Shown here piece by piece: positions 16,369-27,465 of a DNA stretch of 55,112 nucleotides (the stretch's first letter is position 1; every line of letters begins with the position of its first letter). The translations under genes were made by a program, and so were the position numbers. This DNA is from a virus (lineage: Duplodnaviria; Caudoviricetes), in IMG/VR virus record IMGVR_UViG_3300044940_000164, positions 1 through 55,112 of that record. The stretch is one strand, 5' to 3'. The notes under the pieces were generated by a model that saw only the letters and a program-made list of their open reading frames with translations, was not told the origin of the DNA and searched no databases.

Positions 16369-16784
16369 ACGATCCCTGCGAGCTCCATAGCTTTCGTAAT
16401 TATTTTTTCGGGGTATGGCTGTACGCCGTTTTCGTGGCGAATTATCGCCTCCAATAAGACTTTCATTACTCTAGGATCGGATACCTTAACGACACTGTCA
16501 GGGGTCGTTCGCAAACGATCAGCGACGGATTTCGCATAGGCCCCAGTGTCGTTCTCAACTGGAGGAGCCCACCGGTTTATGAGTTGACGAACGGTATTTA
16601 AGTTGTGCTTCGTCTGGTAGGTAATTAATAGACGGGCGATCGCTCGGATACCGAACTCAGGAGATTCAAATTTAGCGAAACGTGCTCTGGGATGGTCCTC
16701 TATACCGATTTGCCCAAGCCATTTGTTTCTAGGGTTGTAATCTATATTACCCGGATTATTGTTTCTGATTCCTCTAGTAGCCAT
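16365..16784 (-). CDS. Endolysin (RGIRNNNPGNI lysozyme-like family)
   Basis: RGIRNNNPGNI, F.SPE.GIRA, RWAPPxENDTxAY and HENG motifs; GAGG RBS favours ATG 16784. Confidence 0.88.
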   Translation of the reverse strand: MATRGIRNNNPGNIDYNPRNKWLGQIGIEDHPRARFAKFESPEFGIRAIARLLITYQTKHNLNTVRQLINRWAPPVENDTGAYAKSVADRLRTTPDSVVKVSDPRVMKVLLEAIIRHENGVQPYPEKIITKAMELAGIV

Positions 16785-16785
16785 A

Positions 16786-17004
16786 TTAGCCTCTGACATA
16801 TTGATACAATAGGGTGGCACCAGAAGCTATGCAACTAATTACCGCCGTAACTCCCGCAAAGAAGCCCCGGGATTTAGCCCTGCGGTTATTTAGCGCCTCA
16901 AGTTTCTCGAGTATTCTATCGGTGGTGTCTTTTATCTCGTCAGCTTTTTCTTCGAGATTTTTAACTCGAGCGTCGAGCTGACCGAGTAGTCTTTCTGGAT
17001 GCAT
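16786..17004 (-). CDS. Coiled coil plus C-terminal TM protein (holin/antiholin-like)
   Basis: 72 aa directly upstream of the endolysin. Confidence 0.6.
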   Translation of the reverse strand: MHPERLLGQLDARVKNLEEKADEIKDTTDRILEKLEALNNRRAKSRGFFAGVTAVISCIASGATLLYQYVRG

Positions 17005-17006
17005 GT

Positions 17007-19142
17007 TTAGCTCCTTATCTGTCTTATTACGGCTGAGATGTTTGTGTTGGTGACGCCACCAGGCTCGTTGTTGATGACTTGGGCGATGTTTGCATTCCCC
17101 AACGAGGTACTATCCCTAAAAGCTACCGCGTTAAAAGCGGCAGAAACTTCCGGGAAGAAACGGCACAAGGGGTCTGTTTGCATAGCGTGACCAGTATAAG
17201 TGAACGCGCCCGCTAAAGTAACAGGTTGTGAGTTAAACGGGGCGTCTTTGTCCATCTCTTTTCTTACGTTATCCGCTGCATCTCGGTAGAGAATTTTAGA
17301 GCCTCCTTTATAATAAAGAGCGGCGCCTACGATGGCCAATGAGTTACTCTTGGAGCTATACTTGAGGGTCAATGTATTAGGATCTTCCAGCACCTCGAAG
17401 TAGCTATTTGTGGCTTCTCTTAGCGACACTAAAATCTCTTGGCCGTTGGGGTGTACTTCGAGTTGAACTATTTCAGTATTGACTACGTCATAACTTTTTA
17501 AGTTCAGCAGAGCGTAACTGGAAGCTACGGAATATACTGCTAACGCATGAGTAGTAGTCAGAGAGCCACTAGGGCCCCAGATAGTATATAGGTACTGTCC
17601 GTCGGGACTGTACTCTGCTTGTTTTAAGGCGTTCGCCCCTCCGAAGGGAGTAAGATTCGTGATTACCGAAGAAAGATTGCTTAAACTTCGAACTTGGGGA
17701 CCTACACTAACATCGGGGATAAATCTTCCAACAACGTGAGCGTTATCCGGGCTGATCTTAAAACCAGCATGGCGGGTTGAACCTGTATCCACTGATCCAG
17801 TTTGGGTAGGAGTGAATCTCGAGATCCTTTCTCCAGTAATGGCATTCCAGGAGCTTATGCTCGTGTGATTTATAGTCCCTACAGCATCTATAACCGTTTT
17901 CGAGATGTGAACAACGCGAGATTTATCATTAGAAAAAGCTAGAACTGGCGCCGCAGAAGTTCCAGAATTGCTATTGGCGTCCCAGTCAAAAAATTGTTTA
18001 ATCATGCCTAACTGGGCTCGAAATTCCCGAAATCCCCCGAAGGGAAGGGCTAGGTGGTAGTTAAAATTTCCGCTAACGAAACTCTCTACGAAGCTTCCTA
18101 CGGAGTCTGAGCCAAATACACCGGCGTCGACGTTGGCTACTTCGGCATACCCTGAAGGTACGTCCAGGAATCTAAGACGTGAGGACGATCCTGCATAGAC
18201 TAAAACCGAGTCGTTCTGCATAAATTCCACGTTTCCGTTTCCGGCGGCCCAGTTTCCCGGTGAAATCGACACTACTGGATCAGATACTCCCGGACCGGTT
18301 CGATAAAAGTTCACGCCCGCTGCGGAATTCTTCCCAATAACTATGTTCGTCGAATCCGCCGAGATCGCTATCGCACTGTATGCAGATCCAACTTCGGGTT
18401 GAACTGTACGATTCAACGCCCACGTAAAGGAATCGTATATTCTTAAAGCGTTTGGCGCGGAAGAAGCTAACCCGAAGAATACGTTGTTAGGAGAGAACTT
18501 GCCACAAGAGTCTAGCGGGAGAATCCCGGTAGCAGGTGGCTGTATATCGCCAAAATCATACGGGTCGAACCCTGGAGGGGTTGCTGGGCCTACATAGTAG
18601 ATAGCCAATCCCTTCGAATCGGTATGCCCTATCGCTAAAACTTCTCCGTTAGGACTGTAATCGAAAAAAGCGATTCTCGCCGTAGGCCGATAAGCAGGAT
18701 CCAGTTGGGAAGAGATATCGGCGCCTGTGGTTAAATCAAAAATCTGGTACCAAGGCGCCACTCTTAGTGCGACAAAAAGCTCGTTATTGTCTGCGGATAT
18801 TTTCGGTTCGCTCCCGGGCAAGCTATTGCTCGGGAGGGGGGCCGCTAACGTCAGTTCTCGAACTAAAGTACCGGTTGCTTTATTGACGATGTAAACTTTT
18901 CGCGCTGCGGTGATAGCTAACAGACTTTTGTCCTTGCTTTCAGTAATAGCGCACGCTGCGGACTCTGAATTGTTGAAAGTATATGAGGCGTTAGCCCCTG
19001 ACGAGAAAGATTGTCTCTGTTTTTTTACAACGTCGTATATCTGAAAAGGGACTAACGGACTTATAGACATCCTAGGTACTAACGCAGCAAAACCGCTGGC
19101 TAGGGTGGTAGAACTGCGCATTCCGATGTGGTATGGTAGCAT
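17007..19142 (-). CDS. WD40-like beta-propeller protein, probable receptor-binding / tail-fibre partner
   Basis: Many blade motifs (YSPNG, FSPNN, ISADS, ISPDN, YSPDG, VHPNG); follows the tail fibre gene. Confidence 0.7.
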   Translation of the reverse strand: MLPYHIGMRSSTTLASGFAALVPRMSISPLVPFQIYDVVKKQRQSFSSGANASYTFNNSESAACAITESKDKSLLAITAARKVYIVNKATGTLVRELTLAAPLPSNSLPGSEPKISADNNELFVALRVAPWYQIFDLTTGADISSQLDPAYRPTARIAFFDYSPNGEVLAIGHTDSKGLAIYYVGPATPPGFDPYDFGDIQPPATGILPLDSCGKFSPNNVFFGLASSAPNALRIYDSFTWALNRTVQPEVGSAYSAIAISADSTNIVIGKNSAAGVNFYRTGPGVSDPVVSISPGNWAAGNGNVEFMQNDSVLVYAGSSSRLRFLDVPSGYAEVANVDAGVFGSDSVGSFVESFVSGNFNYHLALPFGGFREFRAQLGMIKQFFDWDANSNSGTSAAPVLAFSNDKSRVVHISKTVIDAVGTINHTSISSWNAITGERISRFTPTQTGSVDTGSTRHAGFKISPDNAHVVGRFIPDVSVGPQVRSLSNLSSVITNLTPFGGANALKQAEYSPDGQYLYTIWGPSGSLTTTHALAVYSVASSYALLNLKSYDVVNTEIVQLEVHPNGQEILVSLREATNSYFEVLEDPNTLTLKYSSKSNSLAIVGAALYYKGGSKILYRDAADNVRKEMDKDAPFNSQPVTLAGAFTYTGHAMQTDPLCRFFPEVSAAFNAVAFRDSTSLGNANIAQVINNEPGGVTNTNISAVIRQIRS

Positions 19143-19164
19143 GGGTATCTCTCCTGATTAAAAA

Positions 19165-21465
19165 TTAAGCCGCAGTAAAGTCGCCTGAAGCTCTCCAGGT
19201 ATTAGCTGCTGTTTTCACTAAGATTACAGAGGCGTTCAAACCTCTGAGAACCGCCGTTGTGCTGGGAGGCGTAGTTAAACTAACCCCACCCGCGGCCAAA
19301 ATAGAAACAGCGCCCGCTCCCCCTTGCGCCACCGGTATCTGAGATCCTATAGGCAAGTTCACGGTGCTGTCGTTAGGAATCGTTACAGACACCGCCGAAG
19401 CACTAGCTACGTTAAGGTATGTAGACCCAGAGGCCCCTGCATCGGTGCTAATCAACTGATAGTTCGCCGTTACTTGTTTAATCGTCAGAAGCGCGTTAGC
19501 ATTCATTCCTGCGGCGCCTGTAGCTCCCGTAGCCCCAGTGGCGCCTGTAGCTCCTGCGGGACCCACTAAACTAACTCCTGTGGGCCACACCCCTGCTGCT
19601 TTAGGACCGAAGATGGTGTAATTCGTCGTGTTGATGTAGAAGTCGCCGTTGTTTCCGAGAGCGTTAGAGGGGTTGGTTGTCCCGTTTAAGATCGTCTTGG
19701 CCCCTCCAGCTCCAATAAGAGCATCGATAGCTGCTAAGTGGTCTTTTACGCTTTGTGCAGCGGTAGCTGTGTAGTTTACACCCGCCCGGCTTGCAGCTAT
19801 CTGAGAAGCGAACATAGCATAAGGAACTTGTGTGCCTGTCAACACGTTTGCTTCATTATAATCTACCAGAGACAACCCAAAAGGACAAGTACCGGTCTTT
19901 AAGAAAGTTCCGTAAGTCCCGTTTGATTGACGTAAGCTAGTATTCCCAAGAAAGATTGAGTTTACTCCTGCGGCGTTCGCAGTAGATTCCACACTTACGC
20001 CGGAGGACGCTAAAATCTGGCGGAGATTTGAGGCTACTAAGAAACCGGCATTGTGCGTTATCTTACCCATGAACTGAGCGTTATCAATGTAGACACCTGA
20101 ATTGGCTGCGTTCATCACTAACGTAGGGGAATATTTTAGTCGATCTAAGTATAGGGAGGCGCTTCCTGTACCTTGAGTGCGGATTTCCCCATCTACATAG
20201 CAATCGTACATTCGGCTACTTCCGTTCGCGCCGGAGTTGAACTCTACAACTACGCCGCCGCCAGATCTACGAATTAGACATTCTTTAGTTTCGCAGATTC
20301 CTGCTGCTGCGTCGTAAATAAGACCTGGGATTCCGGTTGTTAGGATCTGAATGCCCGTCATGTTAATGTTCGTCGCCGCGTAAGTGATAGTTCCAGTAAA
20401 AGTTACTTTACTGTTTAAGAGCGATCCACCTATAATATCTACTTGTTTATTAATTGTGGTGTTGCCCGCGTAAGTTCCTGGATTTACTACAATTCGGGAG
20501 CCGTTAGTCGCCGCAGATACCGCAGCTCCTAACGTAGCAAAAGGAGCGCCAGCCGACCCGTTACCTGTAGTATCATTTCCGTTCACATCAACGTAGAGAA
20601 CTCTTGTTGCAATCTCTGCGGGTCCGGCAGGGCCTTGAATACCTTGAACTCCTTGCGGTCCTTGAGGTCCTTGAACGCCTGGATCCCCTTGCGGCCCTTG
20701 AGGTCCTTGAATTCCTTGAGCACCGCTTAAATCAGTCACGTAGACATAAGCGCTACCGTCCCATAGATACAATCTTGAATTTTCAGCATCGTTAGGATCT
20801 ACAGTATTTATTAATGCGAATTGCCCTGGTAAAATCCCGGTAGGCGAAGTGTCCGCTAACAAATCTGCTACACTAGCGTAAAATTTAACAATTTCAAACC
20901 CCATACCCGCGTCGCCCTGCGGCCCCTGCGGCCCTTGGACCCCTTGAGGACCTTGGGGACCTTCTGGACCTTGCGGACCGGTCGCACCGTCGTTTCCAGC
21001 TACTCCTTGTGGGCCTTGAGGACCTTGTACTCCGTCGTTTCCAGCTATTCCTTGTGGCCCTTGTGGGCCTTGAGGACCTTCAGCGCCTACCAGGGAATCT
21101 AGCCAATCCTGCTCTGTTCCTATAAACCCTTCGTCAAGAGCAACTTGATAGGCCGACTTTCCCTCTGGGCCCACTAATGTAAGAACTGACGTGCCCCAAG
21201 AGCCGCTTGCTTTTGGCCCATATAGCTCACCGTTATCGGTGTCGATGTAGATGTCCCCGTCCACCCCAAAAGAGTCGTTGGGCGCGCCAGAGCCGGTTAA
21301 GATCGCTGCGCTTCCTGACGCAAGTACCGCATCAAGATCTTCTCTAAGTTGCTGGAAAGATGTGTCAATCGTGTCAAGATTCGCCCGCATCAACTCTCGA
21401 ATTGACGAGTCCCCCGAGAACCATTTCGCTAAATTCAGATAAGAGGTGAATCTATTATTAGTCAT
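19165..21465 (-). CDS. Collagen-like tail fibre with a pectin-lyase-like beta-helix region
   Basis: GPQ/GAT Gly-X-Y runs; [12 protein letters not shown]...PFATL..A beta-helix cap. Confidence 0.85.
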   Translation of the reverse strand: MTNNRFTSYLNLAKWFSGDSSIRELMRANLDTIDTSFQQLREDLDAVLASGSAAILTGSGAPNDSFGVDGDIYIDTDNGELYGPKASGSWGTSVLTLVGPEGKSAYQVALDEGFIGTEQDWLDSLVGAEGPQGPQGPQGIAGNDGVQGPQGPQGVAGNDGATGPQGPEGPQGPQGVQGPQGPQGDAGMGFEIVKFYASVADLLADTSPTGILPGQFALINTVDPNDAENSRLYLWDGSAYVYVTDLSGAQGIQGPQGPQGDPGVQGPQGPQGVQGIQGPAGPAEIATRVLYVDVNGNDTTGNGSAGAPFATLGAAVSAATNGSRIVVNPGTYAGNTTINKQVDIIGGSLLNSKVTFTGTITYAATNINMTGIQILTTGIPGLIYDAAAGICETKECLIRRSGGGVVVEFNSGANGSSRMYDCYVDGEIRTQGTGSASLYLDRLKYSPTLVMNAANSGVYIDNAQFMGKITHNAGFLVASNLRQILASSGVSVESTANAAGVNSIFLGNTSLRQSNGTYGTFLKTGTCPFGLSLVDYNEANVLTGTQVPYAMFASQIAASRAGVNYTATAAQSVKDHLAAIDALIGAGGAKTILNGTTNPSNALGNNGDFYINTTNYTIFGPKAAGVWPTGVSLVGPAGATGATGATGATGAAGMNANALLTIKQVTANYQLISTDAGASGSTYLNVASASAVSVTIPNDSTVNLPIGSQIPVAQGGAGAVSILAAGGVSLTTPPSTTAVLRGLNASVILVKTAANTWRASGDFTAA

Positions 21466-21500
21466 GCGGATATCCTATGCCAAAATTATGTTATGGCATA

Positions 21501-21529
21501 AGCATAGCACGTATCGTGTAGGATTTCAA
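21501..21529 (-). promoter_or_regulatory. Internal promoter for tail fibre / lysis genes
   Basis: TTGAAA-N17-TATGCT with an extended TG, in the intergenic gap. Confidence 0.55.
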
Positions 21530-21532
21530 ATA

Positions 21533-23743
21533 CTAAATTCGAGTCACGAGAATTTCGAAGAATTGAAGCGAAGCGTCGGAGGCCTTTTCCGAGGAGAATC
21601 TAACTCGAAGATTAGCATCTGGGCCTAAGCTGCTTGCGGGTATCGAGGCCCCAGTGCCAGAATACAACCCGGAGAAAACTTCTACGTCGGATGAATCGAA
21701 GACACGGATTCTCGTCTGCTGACCTGACGGTAAATTCTGAGAGGGGTCTGTCCACAAGTGCGGCGTCGACGGGACAGCGGTGAAATCCCTGTTAGCCCAG
21801 GTAAGAGTCAATGCACTGGTTAGTAAAACTGTAGCCGTACCAAATTTTACACCGTTCACAGTGCAATCTGAGGGGCAAATAGGACGAAACGCACGATCCG
21901 ACATAGTTGCTTGCTCGACAGGTGCGAGACTGTCTGATAGTCTGCCCAGCGAGGTTACAGTAATCATTTTGAATTTAACGAGATCCCCAGCTTGAGTCTG
22001 CAAATCATCAAAAAATCGGTTATTGAAGTTGAAAACATACGCCAGACTATTAGCTGCCCAGGTTTTTGGAACGGTGTCGCATAGCCCTCTTCTTATCGTA
22101 TAATTGCTGCCTGATACCGCGGAGATAATGCAGATTTCTTGTGCTGTTTCTGCGGTTCCGAAAAGAAGATATTGCCCCACTCTCAGACTTTCTCCTCCTT
22201 GCAGACTGGTAAACTGAACCACGCTTTGAGACGCGGCGGCTACACCGGAGACTAAGCGAGCGCTACCCACCGGGGTTCTTTCACCGATACTTTCATACAC
22301 TAACGCCCCTGTTGTGTCAAAGCGTTCTGCTAGAAGATCATAAAATATAACGTCTTCATTACTGGTGGATGCGAAGATCCCGGCCACAGCTTCGCCGTCT
22401 ATTAGGGTGCCTAGATCTGGTGCGCTAATTTGATTAGCGATCAGATAATACGGAAGTGAGGTTACTAGAACCGGACTCATAGGGGTTGGAGCGGTGGCGG
22501 GATCATCCCATTGTGTCCCTGGCGGTAAACTAAACTGGGAAGCTTCCAGCCCAAAAATATCTTCCACCGCGGTGATGTCTATTTGAGGATTTCCTACTGC
22601 CCCATAGTTGATATTAGTGACCCGTAAGATGATAGTCTCTATACCATACTCGGGGTAATTAAGTTTGAAGACGTCTCCTGGGTTTAGATCCCAAGCTTTC
22701 CTGTTGCAAGAGATTTCTACTTTTGCTAAAGGGTAGGCGCGATGCCGTAGATCCCGGGCGCAAACAGCCATAGCTAGGTCTCGATTTCGAATTCCATAAT
22801 AGTTGGCGGAGTCACTTACGATAGAGCCCTGTATAGTTATGTTGGCTAAATCCTGTAAGGACACAGTTTCTTCTTGCTCGTTGATTGGATTTGTCCAAGT
22901 CACAACAAGTTCGTTAATCGTCTCACTCAGGGATTCTCTCTGAAAGGAAGTCACGATCAGATCATCGGGTCCGAATTCTCGAAGAGTATCGGGGTCATAG
23001 TCACCTCGAACGACTTTCAACTTGAGCAACCCCGTCCGAGGATCTAAGAAGAAATTCGCATTGATATGATCTAAGATCTCTTGAATGAACGAGTCTATAT
23101 TCGATTGTTGTGCCCACATAAGAGAGAGGCCAAACCCTTCGTTAAATAGAGTCTCTGACGCTTCGTTAAAAGAGTCTAAGTCTATCGCGGATATTGGGAC
23201 TCCGCGCCCCCAGTCGTCGTTTATTAAGCATTCGAATATAATGTGAGCGGGGTTCGCATCGGGGGTGAGGCCTATTTGGGCGAAAGCACTATTTAACTGT
23301 CTCGGAAGTCGAGTCACTTGCACGTTCACTTCAGGGACTACGGGTTGAGTCCCCCAATAAAAACCTTGTCGACGCCCATCATAAATGCCTGGAGGTATGG
23401 AAAAATCTTTGCGGAACCAAAGAGATGTTACGTTTCTATATCCCGGTGCTGTCGCAGGGGTCAGTCCCAAGAAACCGGCTTGCTGTGCGCTAAGAGTCTG
23501 AGTCGGTCCGCCTAAAAGAACATCGATACCGCCTACGAGTCCCCCTTCTTTCCGGAACCCGCCGAACAAAGCATCTTGCACAACTGTGATAGTCGTGTTT
23601 CCGGTTTCATACCCTTCCCAGAATATTTTGTCTTTGGCAACGAGTCGACGAATCGCGTCAACTGGGCCGTGGCATACTCCGACGTGCACTGACATGAGAT
23701 AAAAATCGAAAGGCGCTTGAGGGGTTTTTGGGGAAAATATCAT
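21533..23743 (-). CDS. Tail tip / hub protein (tip attachment J-like)
   Basis: GVCHGPVD, NPAHIIFECL..WG, GFGLS..W motifs typical of Chi-like tail tips. Confidence 0.88.
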   Translation of the reverse strand: MIFSPKTPQAPFDFYLMSVHVGVCHGPVDAIRRLVAKDKIFWEGYETGNTTITVVQDALFGGFRKEGGLVGGIDVLLGGPTQTLSAQQAGFLGLTPATAPGYRNVTSLWFRKDFSIPPGIYDGRRQGFYWGTQPVVPEVNVQVTRLPRQLNSAFAQIGLTPDANPAHIIFECLINDDWGRGVPISAIDLDSFNEASETLFNEGFGLSLMWAQQSNIDSFIQEILDHINANFFLDPRTGLLKLKVVRGDYDPDTLREFGPDDLIVTSFQRESLSETINELVVTWTNPINEQEETVSLQDLANITIQGSIVSDSANYYGIRNRDLAMAVCARDLRHRAYPLAKVEISCNRKAWDLNPGDVFKLNYPEYGIETIILRVTNINYGAVGNPQIDITAVEDIFGLEASQFSLPPGTQWDDPATAPTPMSPVLVTSLPYYLIANQISAPDLGTLIDGEAVAGIFASTSNEDVIFYDLLAERFDTTGALVYESIGERTPVGSARLVSGVAAASQSVVQFTSLQGGESLRVGQYLLFGTAETAQEICIISAVSGSNYTIRRGLCDTVPKTWAANSLAYVFNFNNRFFDDLQTQAGDLVKFKMITVTSLGRLSDSLAPVEQATMSDRAFRPICPSDCTVNGVKFGTATVLLTSALTLTWANRDFTAVPSTPHLWTDPSQNLPSGQQTRIRVFDSSDVEVFSGLYSGTGASIPASSLGPDANLRVRFSSEKASDASLQFFEILVTRI

Positions 23744-23976
23744 GATACTTTTAGCTCTCTTCTAACTGTTTCTTTTTCTCCATACCAAAGGTAATTAGTA
23801 CCTTTCACTGTCATTGTCCCAAAGACTACTGGAATAGGTCTCCCCGCTTCCGCGGTAGGCGCTTCGAAGTCAGCCGCTTCAGGAGGTTTTTGCTTTTTTG
23901 GCTTCGGTGCCAGCAATAGAGAAACTAATTGCAGCGCAACGGCTATCGCTAGTTGAACTAAAATCGGTGCTACCAT
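23740..23976 (-). CDS. Small tail assembly protein
   Basis: PTAEAGRPIPVVFGT...WYG motif. Confidence 0.85.
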   Translation of the reverse strand: MVAPILVQLAIAVALQLVSLLLAPKPKKQKPPEAADFEAPTAEAGRPIPVVFGTMTVKGTNYLWYGEKETVRRELKVS

Positions 23977-23986
23977 CTTCTATCCC

Positions 23987-24820
23987 CTAATATTGTTCGT
24001 TAGTTCGACTGGGATTCTTGGTCGGTATCCAAGGAAATCCCCCAAAATTATTTATGTTGTTGTGTAAATTAAGACAATCATCTGTACTTCTATTACATCC
24101 AAAAGTAATCTCTACAGGATCGCCGGGATTCAAGCCTAATGCTTGACCGTTTAGCCTTAAAATATTAGGGCCATCAAATCCTAAGACCGCTCGTATCTGA
24201 GTATTTCCTCTTTGATCTACCCAACTAAAAGAGCCATTCAGATATTTTTCTGCCGCCTGAGTGTTCCAGCCTCCGGGCAATGTAACTTGAGATCCACTCA
24301 CCGAGAGAACATTGGGAGTGACGGTAGCAAGATTTCTATCAGCTTTGCATTGAGTGCCGTACAAAACATGTGGGCATTGGTACTGATAGTTTCGTCGGAG
24401 ACCCGGGCGGGACAGAGTCGAACGTAACGGTTCCGCGACTACCTTTGCTGAATTTCCTTCTAGTTCTACTTGCAGAATGCGACCCGTCCAGATCACTAAA
24501 AAATCCTGAGTGACGTCCTCGACATGGCCCTGCCAGATCGTTAGATTGATTACCTGAGAGGGAGGAAAAATTTTGTATAAGTCGGTTAAAGCTACACTCT
24601 GCGGCAGCTCAATGTCCAAAGTTTGCCGGTCTGTTCCCCCGCTCGCCTCGATCTCCGGTCGGCGAATTGCTTCCTTTACGTATGTCACTCCGTTCCATTC
24701 TATGTCATCGTCTGCGTCCGTAAAAGCATAGTAAGCGCTCGGCGCACTGCCATATCGGATATAATACAGATGTATCGGACTACCTAAGAACCGACTTTCC
24801 TCCAACCCCTCAAAACTCAT
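23987..24820 (-). CDS. DUF2163/BR0599-family tail protein (gpL-like)
   Basis: CPHxLYxxxC...GC.....C.....N..NFGGFP.IP Cys pattern. Confidence 0.9.
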   Translation of the reverse strand: MSFEGLEESRFLGSPIHLYYIRYGSAPSAYYAFTDADDDIEWNGVTYVKEAIRRPEIEASGGTDRQTLDIELPQSVALTDLYKIFPPSQVINLTIWQGHVEDVTQDFLVIWTGRILQVELEGNSAKVVAEPLRSTLSRPGLRRNYQYQCPHVLYGTQCKADRNLATVTPNVLSVSGSQVTLPGGWNTQAAEKYLNGSFSWVDQRGNTQIRAVLGFDGPNILRLNGQALGLNPGDPVEITFGCNRSTDDCLNLHNNINNFGGFPWIPTKNPSRTNEQY

Positions 24821-26493
24821 AAATCCTCCAAAGTCTGAAAGGCTATGCTAACACTAGCAACTTCTCTTGTCAACCATGATGTCGTAAGCGTGTCGGAACC
24901 GAATCTTACTCGAGGCAGAAAACATATCAATTCTACTTCCGATAGCTCTAATCCGAGCGGTAGAGGCTCTGTCAACTGGACTTCAGTGTCGTTACCTAGC
25001 AACTGATAGCTCAGAATTCGATGATAACTCTTAGACCCATCTACCAACATAATCATTACATTTTGGAATACTTTATCTCCTTCGTAATAATTAAACAAAT
25101 CCGTTCCCTCGCATAACAGTCTATCGGATCCGGCCGAAACGTCTGAAATAAGCTCTAAGTCTCTCTCCCATGTAGGCAACCAAAACTCTCCGGCGCGACC
25201 GCGCATTTTCTGGAACAGTTGTCTTATGTTACTGGTCTCAGCAGGATCTTCCGTAACTACAGAGAGCGTTCTTACCTGGTTTGGAAAATCTATAGGGGTA
25301 AAGTACCGAGCCCGGCCTTTGCCGAAGTCTACTTCTTCTCTTTCGTAGTTCTTCTGCACCGAGAGAGATTCCCCCCAGTTATGTTGATCTGTGAACACGT
25401 AATAACCTTCATATTGAGGGTAGGTGATAGTCTCTTCCTCAAAGGGTTCTGTAGTGGGTTCCACCTCCCATGCTTGCGTCACTGTGGCTACGCCGTTCGT
25501 GACCAGAGGAGCGGCGATACTCGTAGCCATTCGGACCGTTAATAGGGGAACGAAATATTCATCCTTATACCAATCATTTTGCAAATTTGCTGTAAGTGTA
25601 ACAGACGTAGGGGACACAGTTTCTACTCTCACTACTTCGCGTTTGTTATCTAAAAGAAGCATGTAACTGAATCCTGCTTGTACCCAAGATGGTACATTTG
25701 CAAAAGATAAAGTGTTCGATCCGGATAATGCATCGGCGGATAAAAGAACGGTTTTGGTTTCTTCGGGGATAGTAAATGTCCGTGTCTGACGATTTGCCAA
25801 GATGGCATTGAACTTCCTCAAAGAGCTTGCTTGGAAAATAGACTGGTAAGTAATTCTCTTTCTGGGTTTTCTTCTTTGAGCTCTTCTTTGTTCTTTTCCG
25901 TTTCTGGATACAAAGATGTCGGTCCTATATTCTATTTCTGTCTCGTAAGGTACGCTCCAGTTGACGCTGAAATCCTCTGTAGGCCAAATTAAAGATCTCT
26001 TCCCGGACAAGGTGAAAACTTTTCCGCCGCCCTGCGAAAAATTAAAAGTGAAAGTGCCAGAGATGGTATTAGGGCCGGATTCGTCCGCGTTAAACACTAC
26101 GCTTCTGACCTCTAACGGATCAAGTGTTTGCCCAGGGAGTATCTCGGAGTACCCCACTCCTTCTACCCCTCCAGAGACAGAAGTTAAGGTAGTTGGAGTT
26201 AGGAACGCATTCCATAGGGACCTAGACACCTCAGTGAAAGCCGAAACCTCTCCAAAATCTATACTCTGATTGGGAAGAACCCAAACTCTATTATAGTAAT
26301 CTTCGAAATACGTTCTCAAAAATTGTCCAGAAAAATTCAAAGACTCTACATCGATTATGGGCGCGGTAGTGATTGTTCCACCAATAATCTTACTGTTGTA
26401 ACGAGCTGACCAGGGGCCCGGATTTATAGGGGAGATTGGCGGATACGCCGAAGGTATCGGGGCAATTTTCGGGGATAAGAGAATACTGCTCAT
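24817..26493 (-). CDS. Minor tail (distal tail region) protein
   Basis: EQRRAQRxxPR and GRAGEFWLPTW motifs; position. Confidence 0.85.
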   Translation of the reverse strand: MSSILLSPKIAPIPSAYPPISPINPGPWSARYNSKIIGGTITTAPIIDVESLNFSGQFLRTYFEDYYNRVWVLPNQSIDFGEVSAFTEVSRSLWNAFLTPTTLTSVSGGVEGVGYSEILPGQTLDPLEVRSVVFNADESGPNTISGTFTFNFSQGGGKVFTLSGKRSLIWPTEDFSVNWSVPYETEIEYRTDIFVSRNGKEQRRAQRRKPRKRITYQSIFQASSLRKFNAILANRQTRTFTIPEETKTVLLSADALSGSNTLSFANVPSWVQAGFSYMLLLDNKREVVRVETVSPTSVTLTANLQNDWYKDEYFVPLLTVRMATSIAAPLVTNGVATVTQAWEVEPTTEPFEEETITYPQYEGYYVFTDQHNWGESLSVQKNYEREEVDFGKGRARYFTPIDFPNQVRTLSVVTEDPAETSNIRQLFQKMRGRAGEFWLPTWERDLELISDVSAGSDRLLCEGTDLFNYYEGDKVFQNVMIMLVDGSKSYHRILSYQLLGNDTEVQLTEPLPLGLELSEVELICFLPRVRFGSDTLTTSWLTREVASVSIAFQTLEDL

Positions 26494-27465
26494 TTAGTTC
26501 TCTCTATATGCGTAGCCTATTTCAAAAGACGTCTCATACTGCCGATAATTTCCTCCGCCGAGCGGCATCGTGGTTTCCGTTCTTTTAGTCATAGCTGGGA
26601 AACATTTCCACAGCTCACCCGCGATATCAACAGTCTGTCCCGGGGATAAATTTCGCATGTTTACTAGGCGGGCGTTGTAGGGTGCGCCTAGAGGTATAAA
26701 CCGACAATCTCCGCTTATGGGTTGCGCGGTGAACATATTCACCGGAGTCAAGATCGCTGCGCCAGCATAGCTACTCTGCCCTCTCGCAACAAATGGGTCA
26801 TTGTATCCATCCTTAAAGCCACCCAAGACCATCGCGTTTGTGAACGCCGTCATGACATTTCCTGTTGAGGGTATTCTGTTTACTAGCCAGGGAGTCGGCG
26901 CATTAGGGTGGTCAATGTGAACACCACCGCTTGTTGCCGTTGCGAGTAATGTGGTTTTCCCGCCGAAAAGATATTTCACGTTTCCCGCTGTGTAGCTTAT
27001 GGTAGCTGCTGGAGTAGAATCCGGACCGGCTGTTCCGGCTATAACCTCCCCTCCATTATAGGGGAAAGCTTTCTCTAGATATCCCAGATAAGAATGACGA
27101 TACCTATTAGGGCCGTACTCAATGACACAAGCTATGAACGGCTCGGATAATTTCCCAAATAAATGTATCGACGTGGGCGCCGGGACCGTTGGGTTATTAG
27201 TCGCACCAGCCAATTTGGGTGATCTGGTAACAGCGCTTGACGTAGCCAAGGGGTTGGTGGATTCGAAAATAAGATCATGGTTCTGATTGTTCGTACCAGA
27301 AATAGATGCTCTCACCCGGATAGGTAACGCCCCGGGAAACGTAGGGTGGGTGATAATCGGTTGGTTAGGGTTACTGTTGTTGACCGTAAAACCGACAGCC
27401 CCAGCAAATATCCCTATCTGCTGGGGAATATCCAATATAGAGGTTACGAATATTTGTGAGTACAT
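26494..27465 (-). CDS. Virion structural / minor tail protein
   Basis: 323 aa, after the tape measure, W.CFP...G.AYR C-terminus. Confidence 0.75.
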   Translation of the reverse strand: MYSQIFVTSILDIPQQIGIFAGAVGFTVNNSNPNQPIITHPTFPGALPIRVRASISGTNNQNHDLIFESTNPLATSSAVTRSPKLAGATNNPTVPAPTSIHLFGKLSEPFIACVIEYGPNRYRHSYLGYLEKAFPYNGGEVIAGTAGPDSTPAATISYTAGNVKYLFGGKTTLLATATSGGVHIDHPNAPTPWLVNRIPSTGNVMTAFTNAMVLGGFKDGYNDPFVARGQSSYAGAAILTPVNMFTAQPISGDCRFIPLGAPYNARLVNMRNLSPGQTVDIAGELWKCFPAMTKRTETTMPLGGGNYRQYETSFEIGYAYREN

